Shown: positions 1 to 8,962 of the stretch, piece by piece
Layout: every line of letters begins with the position of its first letter
Numbering within the stretch: the stretch's first letter is position 1
Virus record (IMG/VR): IMGVR_UViG_3300031965_000010
DNA length: 64,000 bases
Source of the DNA: an uncultured virus (IMG/VR IMGVR_UViG_3300031965_000010)
Lineage: Duplodnaviria > Heunggongvirae > Uroviricota > Caudoviricetes
Strand: one strand, 5' to 3'
Position numbers and translations under genes: made by a program
The notes under the pieces: generated by a model
Database searches by the model: none
What the model saw: the letters and a program-made list of their open reading frames with translations, nothing else
What the model was told of the DNA's origin: nothing

Positions 1-2
1 AG

Positions 3-230
3 GCGGAGGCGGCGGCGGCGTGGGCGGCGAGGGCGGCGAGGGCGGCGGAGGCGGAGGCGGAGGCGGCGGCGGCGTGGGCGGCGAGGGCGGCGAGGGCGGC
101 GGAGGCGGAGGCGGAGGCGGCGGCGGAGGCGGCGGCGGCGTGGGACCGGATGACGGACGCTCTCTTCAACACCATCGAGGAAGAATGCCTCCGGACAGCA
201 AATGCCGAATACAACGAGGCTGCGAAATGA
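3..230 (+). CDS. 3' end of Ala-rich repeat protein (partial)
   Basis: Frame from nt 3 reads AEAAAAWAARAARAAEAEAE...AAAAWDRMTDALFNTIEEECLRTANAEYNEAAK*. Its TGA overlaps the ATG at 227. More plausible than the poly-Gly frame in the ORF track. Confidence 0.7.
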   Translation, partial: AEAAAAWAARAARAAEAEAEAAAAWAARAARAAEAEAEAAAEAAAAWDRMTDALFNTIEEECLRTANAEYNEAAK

Positions 231-406
231 CCACGCGTCGAAAACCCGCGTCCCAAAAGACACGACACTTCAACATCACCTTGGACCCGGCCTCGCTTAG
301 GCTTTTGTCCACGCTCGCGAAGCGATGGGCCTGCTCACAGAGCGCGGCGATCCGACGACTTCTCCGCGAGCACGACGCGCGCGAATTCGAAAAGGCGGCG
401 GGATGA
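227..406 (+). CDS. Ribbon-helix-helix (CopG-like) DNA-binding protein
   Basis: HFNITLDPASLRLLSTLAKRWACSQSAAIRRLL strand-helix-helix pattern; ATGA coupling at both ends. Confidence 0.65.
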   Translation: MTTRRKPASQKTRHFNITLDPASLRLLSTLAKRWACSQSAAIRRLLREHDAREFEKAAG

Positions 407-741
407 AAACCACGAAAAAACCCAAGCTCATCGAGCATGATGACCCACGTCTGCGCAGGGACTATCCGGACATTCTCGTCGCGTTTCCGAACGCACAATT
501 CGTCAGAGACGAGAATGGTGTTTTTCGTTTCAAAGAAAACGCTCTCGTCCGCTGGCTGATGGATGGCGGCAAAATCTCGCTCAACGACATGGCGGTCGCA
601 TTCCAGAACGGTCACTTCAAACTCGACGAGTACATGGAGTTTTACCAAGGTCTCGGCTACTCGCTGAGCGGTTTCTTGGAAATCGGCGCCTTCGATAAAG
701 AAGTCCGACGACGCTTTCGTAAACATTCGGAGAAGTCGTGA
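403..741 (+). CDS. Hypothetical phage protein
   Basis: Coupled ORF starting MKTTKKPK. Confidence 0.7.
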   Translation: MKTTKKPKLIEHDDPRLRRDYPDILVAFPNAQFVRDENGVFRFKENALVRWLMDGGKISLNDMAVAFQNGHFKLDEYMEFYQGLGYSLSGFLEIGAFDKEVRRRFRKHSEKS

Positions 742-995
742 GCACCTACTACACCCTGCTCAAACGCAACGTAGGGGACAGCGGCGACGAAGGTATCGAA
801 ATCGGTATCGACGAGCGCTCCAACAAGTTCGATCTGCACCTCTACAGCGCGCACGTCTTTGAATGTATGGCGCCTGAAGACCAAGACCGAGAGACAACGG
901 TCGAGGTCTACAGCGGGCTCTCGTTCGAGGACTTGCGCAAGATTCGAGACCACATCAACGAAGTGCTCTCATACTTCGACGAGGACGCGAAATGA
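738..995 (+). CDS. Hypothetical protein
   Basis: GTGA/ATGA coupling to both neighbours. Confidence 0.7.
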   Translation: MSTYYTLLKRNVGDSGDEGIEIGIDERSNKFDLHLYSAHVFECMAPEDQDRETTVEVYSGLSFEDLRKIRDHINEVLSYFDEDAK

Positions 996-1981
996 CCGAC
1001 CCGTTAAACGACGACGAAGCGAAGGAAAAGGCCGAAGAGACAGCCGCCGCCGCGAACGAGACTTGCAAACTGATCCTCCGAGAGAAAATCGCGATGGAAG
1101 CAAAGCTCGTTTCGGCGCTCGGAACCATCGACGCTCTCAATGACGAGTTGCTCCGAGCGAACGCGAAGGCGTTTCGGTCGCCCGTCGTCGAAGAACAACA
1201 CTCCGTCTACGCTCCCTACGAGGAGACCATCGAGGAAGAAATCAAGCGCCTGCGCGAAAGTGAAAAATACTTAGTGAAAACGCTCACTCGAATCCAAACA
1301 GCGCTCGGATCTACGAAACATGGGTGGGAAGATCTCGTAGACTTCGCCAAGGCTGTGAAAGAAAAGGCCGACGCCGCGGCGACGTTTCGCTCAACGATGC
1401 CACCCGTCGACGGCGCACGCGATGTCGACGCCAACGGTATCCGAGTCTGGAAGAAGTGCATCGTGTTCGGCTGCACGAATCACTCGAACCAAGGTGATTT
1501 CATGGGCGAGATGTGCGCCCCGTGTCGAACCATGCTCACGACCGGAAAAGTCGGACCGACGGATTCGTTCATCGGACAAATGCACTACGACCTCGAACAG
1601 ACCGTTCAGCGGAACCAAAAGCTGAAGGAACGCCTTGCGGAACGCGACGACGGCGAGTTGAAAAAATGGGAGGGCGTCGAGTCGCATCGTTACGAACCAA
1701 GCGCAGATCCGGCAAAATGCGCACGCTGCGGAATTCACGGAAAGCACTCCGTTCATGACGTCGAAACCGGTGAGCGCGACGGCGACGAACACACGTCGTA
1801 CCACGTCATCGACGTTCACTATGACGACGACGCGTCCAAGTCGTTCAAGTCGTTCAAAGAAGCCGAGGACTACATTAGAAACATCGTCGCGCGCGAAGGG
1901 ACCTTCCACATCGTCAAAGCGGTCGCCACGGTCGAACGCAAAGCTACGATCGCAATCCACGTCACCCGCCCACAGCACTAA
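992..1981 (+). CDS. Hypothetical coiled-coil protein with Cys/His clusters
   Basis: 329-aa ORF; CIVFGCTNH..CAPC and CARCG..H motifs. Confidence 0.7.
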   Translation: MTDPLNDDEAKEKAEETAAAANETCKLILREKIAMEAKLVSALGTIDALNDELLRANAKAFRSPVVEEQHSVYAPYEETIEEEIKRLRESEKYLVKTLTRIQTALGSTKHGWEDLVDFAKAVKEKADAAATFRSTMPPVDGARDVDANGIRVWKKCIVFGCTNHSNQGDFMGEMCAPCRTMLTTGKVGPTDSFIGQMHYDLEQTVQRNQKLKERLAERDDGELKKWEGVESHRYEPSADPAKCARCGIHGKHSVHDVETGERDGDEHTSYHVIDVHYDDDASKSFKSFKEAEDYIRNIVAREGTFHIVKAVATVERKATIAIHVTRPQH

Positions 1982-1994
1982 ATAGGAGTCCCTG

Positions 1995-2390
1995 ATGTTC
2001 GTACTTTTCCTGAACGATATGCGTTTCCCCAACATCGAGATGACGACGTGCGCCGCGCGCTCGAAAGAGAAAGGAGAGCTGGAGCGCCTCCTAGAATCCG
2101 AGCGCGTCGAACCCTACACCGACGAGGTCGAGGGGGTCGGCGGGGCCGCTGGGCGCCGCTGGGGCAAGATCTTCCGCAAAGACGGTCCCCTCGAATGGTT
2201 CAACGAACCGTTCCCATCTTTCGGTCAAGGTGTCTTCGAAATCGACGTCGAAACTCCGTTCACACCGGAGGAGCTGCGCGAGCTTCGGAGCAACGTCGGC
2301 AGAGCCATCGAGAGCGGTCTAGAGAACGCGCGGCGACTCAGCGGCGATCACATCCTGATTGCACGTCTACTTAACACGCTCGGATATTAG
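1995..2390 (+). CDS. Hypothetical protein
   Basis: AGGAG Shine-Dalgarno (SD) upstream of the ATG. Confidence 0.7.
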   Translation: MFVLFLNDMRFPNIEMTTCAARSKEKGELERLLESERVEPYTDEVEGVGGAAGRRWGKIFRKDGPLEWFNEPFPSFGQGVFEIDVETPFTPEELRELRSNVGRAIESGLENARRLSGDHILIARLLNTLGY

Positions 2391-2404
2391 GCGAAGGAAA
2401 CGAA

Positions 2405-2644
2405 GTGAAAATCCAACTACCAACAATGGGGCGCGTCGTGATCTACACGAGCGCGAAAGGAATCGCCTACCCGGCACTTGTCGACTACCACGAAGGCTTC
2501 GGAAAAGTGCAGCTCGTGGTGTCCATGGTGGACGGAAGCGGAAGCACGAGGTTGATCGCAAACGTCCCGCACGACGAGGACAGCGCACCGAACACCTGGC
2601 GCTACCCGCCGCGCAGCGACGAAACGATCGAGGTCGAGCGATGA
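2405..2644 (+). CDS. Hypothetical phage protein
   Basis: AAGGA SD; PTMGRVVIY...PNTWRYPPR. Confidence 0.7.
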   Translation: MKIQLPTMGRVVIYTSAKGIAYPALVDYHEGFGKVQLVVSMVDGSGSTRLIANVPHDEDSAPNTWRYPPRSDETIEVER

Positions 2645-2841
2645 CATGGATTCCAACCAACGAACTGCGCTGGCTTTTTGACCCAGACCTGAAAAACCAC
2701 CACACGGGGCCTCTCGTGAACGGCTCCTGCGTACTACAACAAAAATGGCGAGAGCTTTCCGAAATGGATGCGGGCGAGTCGACCTTCGAATGGCGAGACG
2801 TGCCCGTCATCTTTAACGACGCGAACGGAGGCGCAACATGA
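2641..2841 (+). CDS. Hypothetical protein
   Basis: Coupled ORF MTWIPTNELRW...EWRDVP. Confidence 0.65.
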   Translation: MTWIPTNELRWLFDPDLKNHHTGPLVNGSCVLQQKWRELSEMDAGESTFEWRDVPVIFNDANGGAT

Positions 2842-3029
2842 GTGACGACGAAAAGTGTCCGAAGTGCGGCGGTGAGCTGGAGCGCGACGAGGCCGACGTC
2901 GGCGTAGGCATCGTCTACGGTCCGGCCGGGTGCCCCGCGTGCTTTTGGGTCGAAGACCCGCTGCGCGTCGTTCGCGACGTGAACGAAGACCCGCCCGAAA
3001 CACTTCCGCCCAACACGAAGGTTCAATGA
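2838..3029 (+). CDS. Small zinc-ribbon protein
   Basis: CPKCG...CPAC; GGAGG SD. Confidence 0.65.
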   Translation: MSDDEKCPKCGGELERDEADVGVGIVYGPAGCPACFWVEDPLRVVRDVNEDPPETLPPNTKVQ

Positions 3030-3331
3030 ATCCCCCACGTCCTAGAAAAATCCCTGTCGGCACGTTCGCGCCCATCGTCGTGAATCACGAAGAGCGCTCG
3101 CTCCACACCCCTGACGGCGGCGACGATGGCGTGTGGCACGCATCGCGTGGGGCTCGTCTAGTACGCTTAGGTGTCGCCTACAGCTTCGAGCAGTACACGC
3201 TCATCGCGCACGGCAGTTGCGTGTTCTGCGAAGACTGCCACCCGAAGGGCCGCTACGTGAACGAGCCCGAAGCGCTCTTGTTCGTCGAGCGCGGAGTGTT
3301 GCCCGTCTCCCCGTCGCGGCGCTCCTCGTGA
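3026..3331 (+). CDS. Hypothetical protein
   Basis: Coupled ORF with CVFCEDC. Confidence 0.55.
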   Translation: MNPPRPRKIPVGTFAPIVVNHEERSLHTPDGGDDGVWHASRGARLVRLGVAYSFEQYTLIAHGSCVFCEDCHPKGRYVNEPEALLFVERGVLPVSPSRRSS

Positions 3332-3822
3332 CACCCGCCGACTATCGCCAAATACAAAGACTTCGCGAGTCACTCGTCGAGCTGAAGAAATCAGCTCCGA
3401 AGGATGCTCGTGCTCTTCTCGATCGCGCTGCTCGTTCCTGTGAGGTTCTTCTCGAAGAGCACGATGAATATCTTCGGGTCCGCAAGGCCAAGGCCGAGGT
3501 CAAAGCCAAGAGGGATGCAAAGCTTGAAATACGCCTGCGTGGCTTGTCGCCGCGACCCCCGCCTGACGTTATGTGTTTCATTCGGTCTGGCTACAGCCTT
3601 AATGCCGTACTGTCCCGATCTGTCGCTGTTAGCGCCTTTGTGATGAAGAACAGTGGCATGTCGACGAAAGAAATCGCTGCTGTCTTTGGCTTGAGTGCCG
3701 GACACGTATCTCAAAATCTTCGCTACTTACACGTCGAAAATTTCTCGGCGGATGTCGTCGAGTGGTTCCGCGACGCACGGTGGGTTAGTGATCAACACCT
3801 GGCCAGCAACGCTGACGACTAA
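3328..3822 (+). CDS. Protein with C-terminal helix-turn-helix
   Basis: GMSTKEIAAVFGLSAGHVSQNL; GTG start overlapping the previous stop. Confidence 0.6.
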   Translation: MTPADYRQIQRLRESLVELKKSAPKDARALLDRAARSCEVLLEEHDEYLRVRKAKAEVKAKRDAKLEIRLRGLSPRPPPDVMCFIRSGYSLNAVLSRSVAVSAFVMKNSGMSTKEIAAVFGLSAGHVSQNLRYLHVENFSADVVEWFRDARWVSDQHLASNADD

Positions 3823-4013
3823 CCGCCGCGCGAAAACGTCACGCACCCATTCGCCGAATAGCGAGGCTGTTCGTGGCGTTGCTCGCTGTGCCGCCGCTCG
3901 GAGTCACGAGCGTGAGCGCTGCTGCCGACAAATGATTTCTCAACGTGAGGACCTGACCCGCAGTCGCGGCCACAATCGCAAACCCGGCGCGCGACCCAGT
4001 ACGTCACCGCCAG

Positions 4014-4265
4014 CTAGCGCTGAAACTGCGCTCGCCACATCGCTTCATCTTGCGTCATGCAGAGGAGGCGAACCTGACGAGGGTCGAACACGCAGACGAG
4101 CACGCTCGGAGTTTTCATATCGACGTCCGGCTGGAACATCACTTTCACATCTACGATGCGTGGTGTGAAGGGAAGTTTGACAGGTGCCTCGGCCACTTCC
4201 GGGATGAGCGCGCACCCGGCAGCGCCAACCAGGGAAAATACGATCACAAAAACGAGCGCACTCAT
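4014..4265 (-). CDS. Putative lipoprotein
   Basis: MSALVFVIVFSLVGAAGC signal peptide and lipobox. Confidence 0.55.
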   Translation of the reverse strand: MSALVFVIVFSLVGAAGCALIPEVAEAPVKLPFTPRIVDVKVMFQPDVDMKTPSVLVCVFDPRQVRLLCMTQDEAMWRAQFQR

Positions 4266-4288
4266 CGTCTCAACAAAGACGCGGGGTC

Positions 4289-4894
4289 TCACGGGATATC
4301 CATCGCCGTGATGTCGTCGGAGGAAAACCGCGCCGTTGCGATTCGGTCGGCCTCGCCCGGCGAGAAGATGCGCGTCTCTACAACATAGACCCGCGACCCG
4401 CCTTCGCCAGCGCCTGTATCCGAGACGCGCACGACGCCCGCGTCCGCGTAAACGTCGTAATCGAACCCACCCGAGGGACCGGAGCACACGCGCGCAAGAA
4501 GTCTCGGGCCGATCTCGCCGGGAACATCGAGCACGGTTTCGCCGATGGGTAGCTCGGATAGCGCGATGTCCGTAGCTACGAGAATGACCGCGGCATCGCC
4601 GACACCCTGTTGCGAGCGCAGCACGGAAACGACGTCGCTCCGACCGTTGAGCCGACCGTCACTCTCGGTCACGACCGTGGCCTGACCGTCGAACCCCATA
4701 CGCTCGCCGATGTCGCCCCTGAGGAAGGCCCCAGTCTCGACCGAGAGTGGGGGCGTTGTAATCGCGACGCTACCCTCGACACCGCACCCCCAAATACCGA
4801 TTACAATGCACGCGCCTCCGAGAAGGAAGCAGATCCAAAACAAGCCACCGGCAAGCGCATTTTCCAGCGCTCGCAAAAACTGCGTGCGTTTCAT
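4289..4894 (-). CDS. Membrane-anchored/exported protein
   Basis: GGGAG SD; hydrophobic N-terminus ending IWGC. Confidence 0.6.
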   Translation of the reverse strand: MKRTQFLRALENALAGGLFWICFLLGGACIVIGIWGCGVEGSVAITTPPLSVETGAFLRGDIGERMGFDGQATVVTESDGRLNGRSDVVSVLRSQQGVGDAAVILVATDIALSELPIGETVLDVPGEIGPRLLARVCSGPSGGFDYDVYADAGVVRVSDTGAGEGGSRVYVVETRIFSPGEADRIATARFSSDDITAMDIP

Positions 4895-4985
4895 TGTGTC
4901 TCCCCTGCTGCGGCGACCTGTGTGCCGGTCGACGACCACCGCCTTATTTCAGCGTAGCTTCGCTTCACGGTGCCGCCACCACGGC

Positions 4986-5070
4986 TCGAAAGTACCCGTC
5001 AGACTTCGAAAGTATCCGTCAGACTTCTAAAGTATCCGTCAGACTTCGAAAGTGCCCGTCAGACTTCAAA
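4986..5070. repeat. Intergenic tandem repeat, 4+ x 20 bp (TCGAAAGTATCCGTCAGACT)
   Basis: Units start at 4986, 5006, 5026 and 5046, with 0-2 mismatches and no spacers. Confidence 0.9.
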
Positions 5071-5156
5071 GAACGGAGGCGACGCGACGACGCGAGCCCG
5101 CGAGCCCGCGAGCCACGCCGTCACTACGCCCGTCGTCGCGCGCGCATCGTCACGAC

Positions 5157-5179
5157 GTAGCAACCCCACGCGCTATCAT
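5157..5179 (+). promoter_or_regulatory. Viral late-type promoter GTAGCA-N11-TATCAT
   Basis: Member of 11-copy motif; 6 nt before ATG 5186. Confidence 0.75.
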
Positions 5180-5185
5180 TCCCCT

Positions 5186-5851
5186 ATGAAATTCATCCGC
5201 CAGAATGACCCAGCTTGGGGCAAAGAACTGCTCGGACACTCCGCCACGACGACGATCGGCCGCAGTGGATGCCTGCTTGTCGCTCTCACCGTCGCCTACA
5301 ACGAGCTGTGCAGCGCTTCCCACACACCTCTCTCAGTTCAACGACTGCTGCTCAGCAAGAATCCGAACTCGTTCAAGGGTTCCATGCTGGTGCTGGAAAT
5401 CGCCGCGAACATCCTAGGGCTCGTCTGCCTCGAAAAGGAGCGCCTGCGGAGCGTCCCCGGTGACCCCCGGTTGCCCGATCGGGTCCTTGCCGGGCTCGGC
5501 ATCGATTTACCCGGCGACTTCGCCAAAAGACCGCAGAGCCCGCCCCTGATGATTAACCGAACGCCCCTGGCCAAAGGTGTGACCGTGGGCGGGGGCGCGG
5601 TGACTGCCGGCTCGGCGGGGCTCTGTATACTCCACGTCGACCACGACAAAGATACGCTCGGCGGAGACATCGACGGCGACCATTTCCTCAACGCGCTCGA
5701 ATGGAAAAATGGACGCGTCGAATGCCTCGACCCCGCTACGGGGAAGGTGTGCTACCTCGACGACCGCACGTTGAAGGGTGACTCCCAGTGGGGGGCCGTC
5801 ACGAAGCATTTTACCGTCGTCGGGACGATTCCGATTCGGCGCGCGAGCTAG
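5186..5851 (+). CDS. Peptidase C39-like cysteine peptidase, candidate endolysin
   Basis: QNDPAWG...TIGRSGCLL (Cys), DHF (His), LDP (Asp). Confidence 0.75.
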   Translation: MKFIRQNDPAWGKELLGHSATTTIGRSGCLLVALTVAYNELCSASHTPLSVQRLLLSKNPNSFKGSMLVLEIAANILGLVCLEKERLRSVPGDPRLPDRVLAGLGIDLPGDFAKRPQSPPLMINRTPLAKGVTVGGGAVTAGSAGLCILHVDHDKDTLGGDIDGDHFLNALEWKNGRVECLDPATGKVCYLDDRTLKGDSQWGAVTKHFTVVGTIPIRRAS

Positions 5852-6141
5852 TAGCCGACGTCTTCCGCCCGAACAGCGCGGCGTCGACTCGCCGCCGTCT
5901 TGCTCTTCTTTATTCGATCCAGAAGATCTGGAAAGTGCTTGCGCAAATAAAGCGTTTCCTTGAAACCCGCCCGGTCTTCTTTTGGAAGCTTTCGAATTTC
6001 TCGCGACAGTCGTTCCGCCACCCATCTCTTCAAAAGCACTTGATACCCCACGCCAAGCTGCTTCGCGCGAGCTTTGAGAATGGCGAGTGTGTCGTCGGGA
6101 ATGCGGATGCTGATGGCAGTGGTCTTTTCACGAACGGACAT
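5848..6141 (-). CDS. CopG/BrnA-like RHH antitoxin with YefM-like C-terminal tail
   Basis: AISIRIPDDTLAILKARAKQLGVGYQVLLKRW; tail ETLY...HFP...VRAEDVGY matches the protein at 10005. Confidence 0.75.
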   Translation of the reverse strand: MSVREKTTAISIRIPDDTLAILKARAKQLGVGYQVLLKRWVAERLSREIRKLPKEDRAGFKETLYLRKHFPDLLDRIKKSKTAASRRRAVRAEDVGY

Positions 6142-6642
6142 TCAATCCTCTTCGCGATGCGGATATGGGCGGCTGAATGCTGTGATGATGTGCCCTTTGA
6201 AGTCGAAGTCGGCCGGATTGAATCTAGGATTCAAACGTGGAAAGCGTCGAACCCGACTTCTGATGTGAAGTTCCGCGTCCCACTGTCCGAGCAAGTAACA
6301 ACCGATCAACACGTCAGGGATTTCTTCGGCAGCAACAAAAACAGGCGTCTCCACCATGTGCTCGTCGTGCTCCCCGTTGTCTGAGATCCACGCGGATGTG
6401 TAATAGCCTTCGATGGGACGACCGTACGCATCCGTCGGAAGTGTGTCCTTTTCAACGTCCGGCAGATCTAGAATTTTTCCGATCGATTTCGGAACCACGA
6501 GCCCTAGAGTGCAGCCCGTATCGATGATGGCGTTCGCGGGAACCGGAGCTTGAGGTTCTTCAAAGGGCGAAAACACGTGGATGGGCATTCGCACCACCAA
6601 CTGTGTTTCTTTACGGGTGCGGCGTCTTGGTGTTTTGGTCAT
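6142..6642 (-). CDS. Clan AA (retropepsin-like) aspartic protease
   Basis: AIIDTG catalytic motif and DVLIG motif. Confidence 0.8.
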   Translation of the reverse strand: MTKTPRRRTRKETQLVVRMPIHVFSPFEEPQAPVPANAIIDTGCTLGLVVPKSIGKILDLPDVEKDTLPTDAYGRPIEGYYTSAWISDNGEHDEHMVETPVFVAAEEIPDVLIGCYLLGQWDAELHIRSRVRRFPRLNPRFNPADFDFKGHIITAFSRPYPHREED

Positions 6643-6677
6643 GTATATACGGTATATACGGTGGTCGGCCTTGTCAA
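6643..6677 (-). promoter_or_regulatory. Sigma70-type promoter with two palindromic GTATATAC boxes
   Basis: TTGACA-N17-TACCGT; GTATATAC at 6643-6650 and 6652-6659. Confidence 0.7.
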
Positions 6678-7121
6678 CTAGACCGGCACTCCGTAGACGG
6701 GCTCCGCCGCGTGCGCGTCGATCATAAATGCGGCCGTCACTTCGAACGGAATCTTCGCGGGCTCGACCACAGCACTCCCTGCGCGCAGCGCACGGGCCGT
6801 CTGCTCAATCCCGTACGAGCGCGCGACGATGGCGAAGGCCAGCTTGTCGGCGACGGCGCAGACGTAGCTGTACGTGCGCGGACCGTTCTCCAAAAGACGA
6901 TTCGCCTTCTGCACCTCCAAGCCCATGAACACGTCCGCGCCTTTCGGAGAGGTCCAACGCGGCGCGTCCGACGACGCATCGCCGGGTTCGAGCGCGTCCG
7001 GATAAAAAACCACACTTTCCCGCAAGTGCTGCGACGTCCGCCGCCATTCTTCGACGATGACCCGAAACTCCGTCGAGATTGGGTGGTTGGGAGAGCTGCG
7101 GGGGGCGGGACGAATGTGCAT
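6678..7121 (-). CDS. Hypothetical protein
   Basis: 147-aa ORF filling the gap. Confidence 0.5.
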   Translation of the reverse strand: MHIRPAPRSSPNHPISTEFRVIVEEWRRTSQHLRESVVFYPDALEPGDASSDAPRWTSPKGADVFMGLEVQKANRLLENGPRTYSYVCAVADKLAFAIVARSYGIEQTARALRAGSAVVEPAKIPFEVTAAFMIDAHAAEPVYGVPV

Positions 7122-7187
7122 CGGAAAGGCCGGGGATGGGGAGGGGATGGGGAGGGGTTGCTAGAATACTTGGGCGCGCTATCTAAC

Positions 7188-7493
7188 ATGCCGACCGGTA
7201 AAAGCGAGGAAAACGTGCCGCACGATTGGAAAAAACAGAGCGACAAACTTTTCACTAAAATCGTCAGCGGGAAGGAGTGTCGATTCGAATTCGAACACTC
7301 GAAGAACGTGTGGACGTTCTCAGCGCATCAACTGATTCTGGATTCGTTTCCCGGTGTGCTGACCGATCCGCCGTTCGGCCAGCTCGAACAATCTGAGCTG
7401 AAGTTTTTCAGAAACGGTCTGCTGTCTACGCGCAAGGGACCGGAGGGTTACTCACAAGTCCTCACCGGAAACGGCTGGCGAGACTTGCAGTGA
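7188..7493 (+). CDS. Hypothetical protein
   Basis: MPTGKSEENV... part of the 6603-7493 ORF. Confidence 0.5.
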   Translation: MPTGKSEENVPHDWKKQSDKLFTKIVSGKECRFEFEHSKNVWTFSAHQLILDSFPGVLTDPPFGQLEQSELKFFRNGLLSTRKGPEGYSQVLTGNGWRDLQ

Positions 7494-7582
7494 CGACGAG
7501 TAATAAGAACCCTGTAGAAAATTAGCTATGTCGTAACCAACCGCAGGTTGGTTATCACCCGGTACGACGACTCGGATGAAAC

Positions 7583-7816
7583 ATGCCCCTCTACGACGTG
7601 AAATGCGACGCGTGCGGCGAAAAGAGCGAGATTCTCCTGAATCGAGCCGAGCCCGTGCCCTTGTGTCCGTGCTGCGCCGAAGACGCGCTCGTCAAAGACC
7701 CGGTGCAGGTCACGGCACCGCCCTCATTCGTGGGCTCGGGTTGGGCCAAGGACGGCTACAGTTCGGGATGGACTGCACCGTCGAGGACGGCGGCGCCTTC
7801 GTCTAGTGTGGAGTGA
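7583..7816 (+). CDS. FmdB-family zinc-ribbon protein
   Basis: MPLYDVKCDACG...CPCC...FVGSGWAKDGY. Confidence 0.85.
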   Translation: MPLYDVKCDACGEKSEILLNRAEPVPLCPCCAEDALVKDPVQVTAPPSFVGSGWAKDGYSSGWTAPSRTAAPSSSVE

Positions 7817-7835
7817 TTGCCTCGCGGAACAGCGC

Positions 7836-8900
7836 TCAGCGCGAACGCCCTGAAATCAAAGTGCGCGCGCTCTCTCGTATGCGTCGCTCGATGACGCGTA
7901 CGTACTCTCGTGAGTAGCCGTGCTTTGCGCCGATTGCCTCGAGTGAGCTTGTCTCCGTCGCTGTTACGTTCGCGGCGCCCTTTCCGTCGTCCGCGAGAAG
8001 CCGCTCGAAGACGATGTCGCGAGCAACCCCTTCGAGCGGCGTGTTTTCGAATTCCCGCAGCACGTTGAAGAGCACCTCGCGCACGAAGTCCGTCACCTGT
8101 CGGCGCTCGACTTCTGCGTCAGGTAACCTGGCGTCTTGGTCTGAGAGCGTGTCTCCGAACGTGGACGCTTCGTCGTCCGCGTGCGAGGTATAAGGGGCGT
8201 CGATCTTCGTAACTGGATTCCTTCTACGAACCTTCTTCTTCGTGTGCACGTCCACTTCGTAGCCGTCCGCCATCGCTCGACGGCTCACGGAAACGAGCGG
8301 AGAATCGTCGCGCTGTAATCGCTGCCTGAGTCTCCCTACGGCTGCACGAATCCAGTGCATCGCGAATGTGGAGAAACGTTTGTCGAAACGAGGATCGAAC
8401 GTCTCGGCAGCGCGAATGAGCCCAAGCATCGCTTCCTGTGTGTACTCGGTCTTCATCTCCGGCGACGCGCTCTTAGAGAAACCGCCTACGAACAGATGCG
8501 CGAGGCGTAGGTTTTTCTCGACTAGGAGATTGCGCGCGTCGACGTCGCCGAAGGTCTGCACTCGATACGCGAGGATTTTTTCCTGCTCGGCTGTGAGTGT
8601 TTTCCCGACGCGTCCGAGCGGCGTGTGCGGGCCGAGCGCGAGCGGCGTGTGCGGGCCGAGCGCGGACGTGGGGGTGGGGTCGGTGGGGTCGGTGGGGTCA
8701 GTGGCGTCGGTGCCGTCGATCGGCGGTCCCTCAGTGGATAGGCCGGGCGCGAGCGTCCCCTCTTCGATGTGTTTGAGGACTTCAGACGCCTCCGCGAGCA
8801 CGCCTTCGGGTCCGCGCAAGCGCTCGGCCTCTTCGGTCACTGGGCCTTGATTGCGCTTCTTTCTGAGCGGGTGTTTCGCGTATATCGGCGACGGCTTCAT
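7836..8900 (-). CDS. Viral RNA polymerase sigma-70-family factor (RpoH/RpoD-like)
   Basis: Region 2 ARNLLVEKNLRL..QEAMLGLIRAAETFDP..RFSTFAMHWIR; region 4.2 SLEAIGAKHGYSREYVRVIE. Confidence 0.9.
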   Translation of the reverse strand: MKPSPIYAKHPLRKKRNQGPVTEEAERLRGPEGVLAEASEVLKHIEEGTLAPGLSTEGPPIDGTDATDPTDPTDPTPTSALGPHTPLALGPHTPLGRVGKTLTAEQEKILAYRVQTFGDVDARNLLVEKNLRLAHLFVGGFSKSASPEMKTEYTQEAMLGLIRAAETFDPRFDKRFSTFAMHWIRAAVGRLRQRLQRDDSPLVSVSRRAMADGYEVDVHTKKKVRRRNPVTKIDAPYTSHADDEASTFGDTLSDQDARLPDAEVERRQVTDFVREVLFNVLREFENTPLEGVARDIVFERLLADDGKGAANVTATETSSLEAIGAKHGYSREYVRVIERRIRESARTLISGRSR

Positions 8901-8909
8901 TCGGCCGCG

Positions 8910-8932
8910 ATCGTACCGCGGGGTTTTGCTAC
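8910..8932 (-). promoter_or_regulatory. Viral late-type promoter GTAGCA-N11-TACGAT upstream of sigma gene
   Basis: Motif match; 9 nt before the ATG. Confidence 0.75.
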
Positions 8933-8962
8933 GCCTTCAAACTACCCCCACGCTGCTAGGCT

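Noticed and set aside
20..226. Poly-Gly N-terminus of the 20..406 ORF
   Set aside because: Alternative frame of the Ala-rich repeat gene ending at 230; the real start is more likely ATG 227
4014..4894. Spanin or holin assignment for the two exported proteins
   Set aside because: Only signal or lipobox evidence; no coiled-coil spanin or holin topology
4986..5070. Possible CRISPR array
   Set aside because: Repeats are contiguous with no spacers, and no cas operon is present; the Cas4-like nuclease is a replication-module gene
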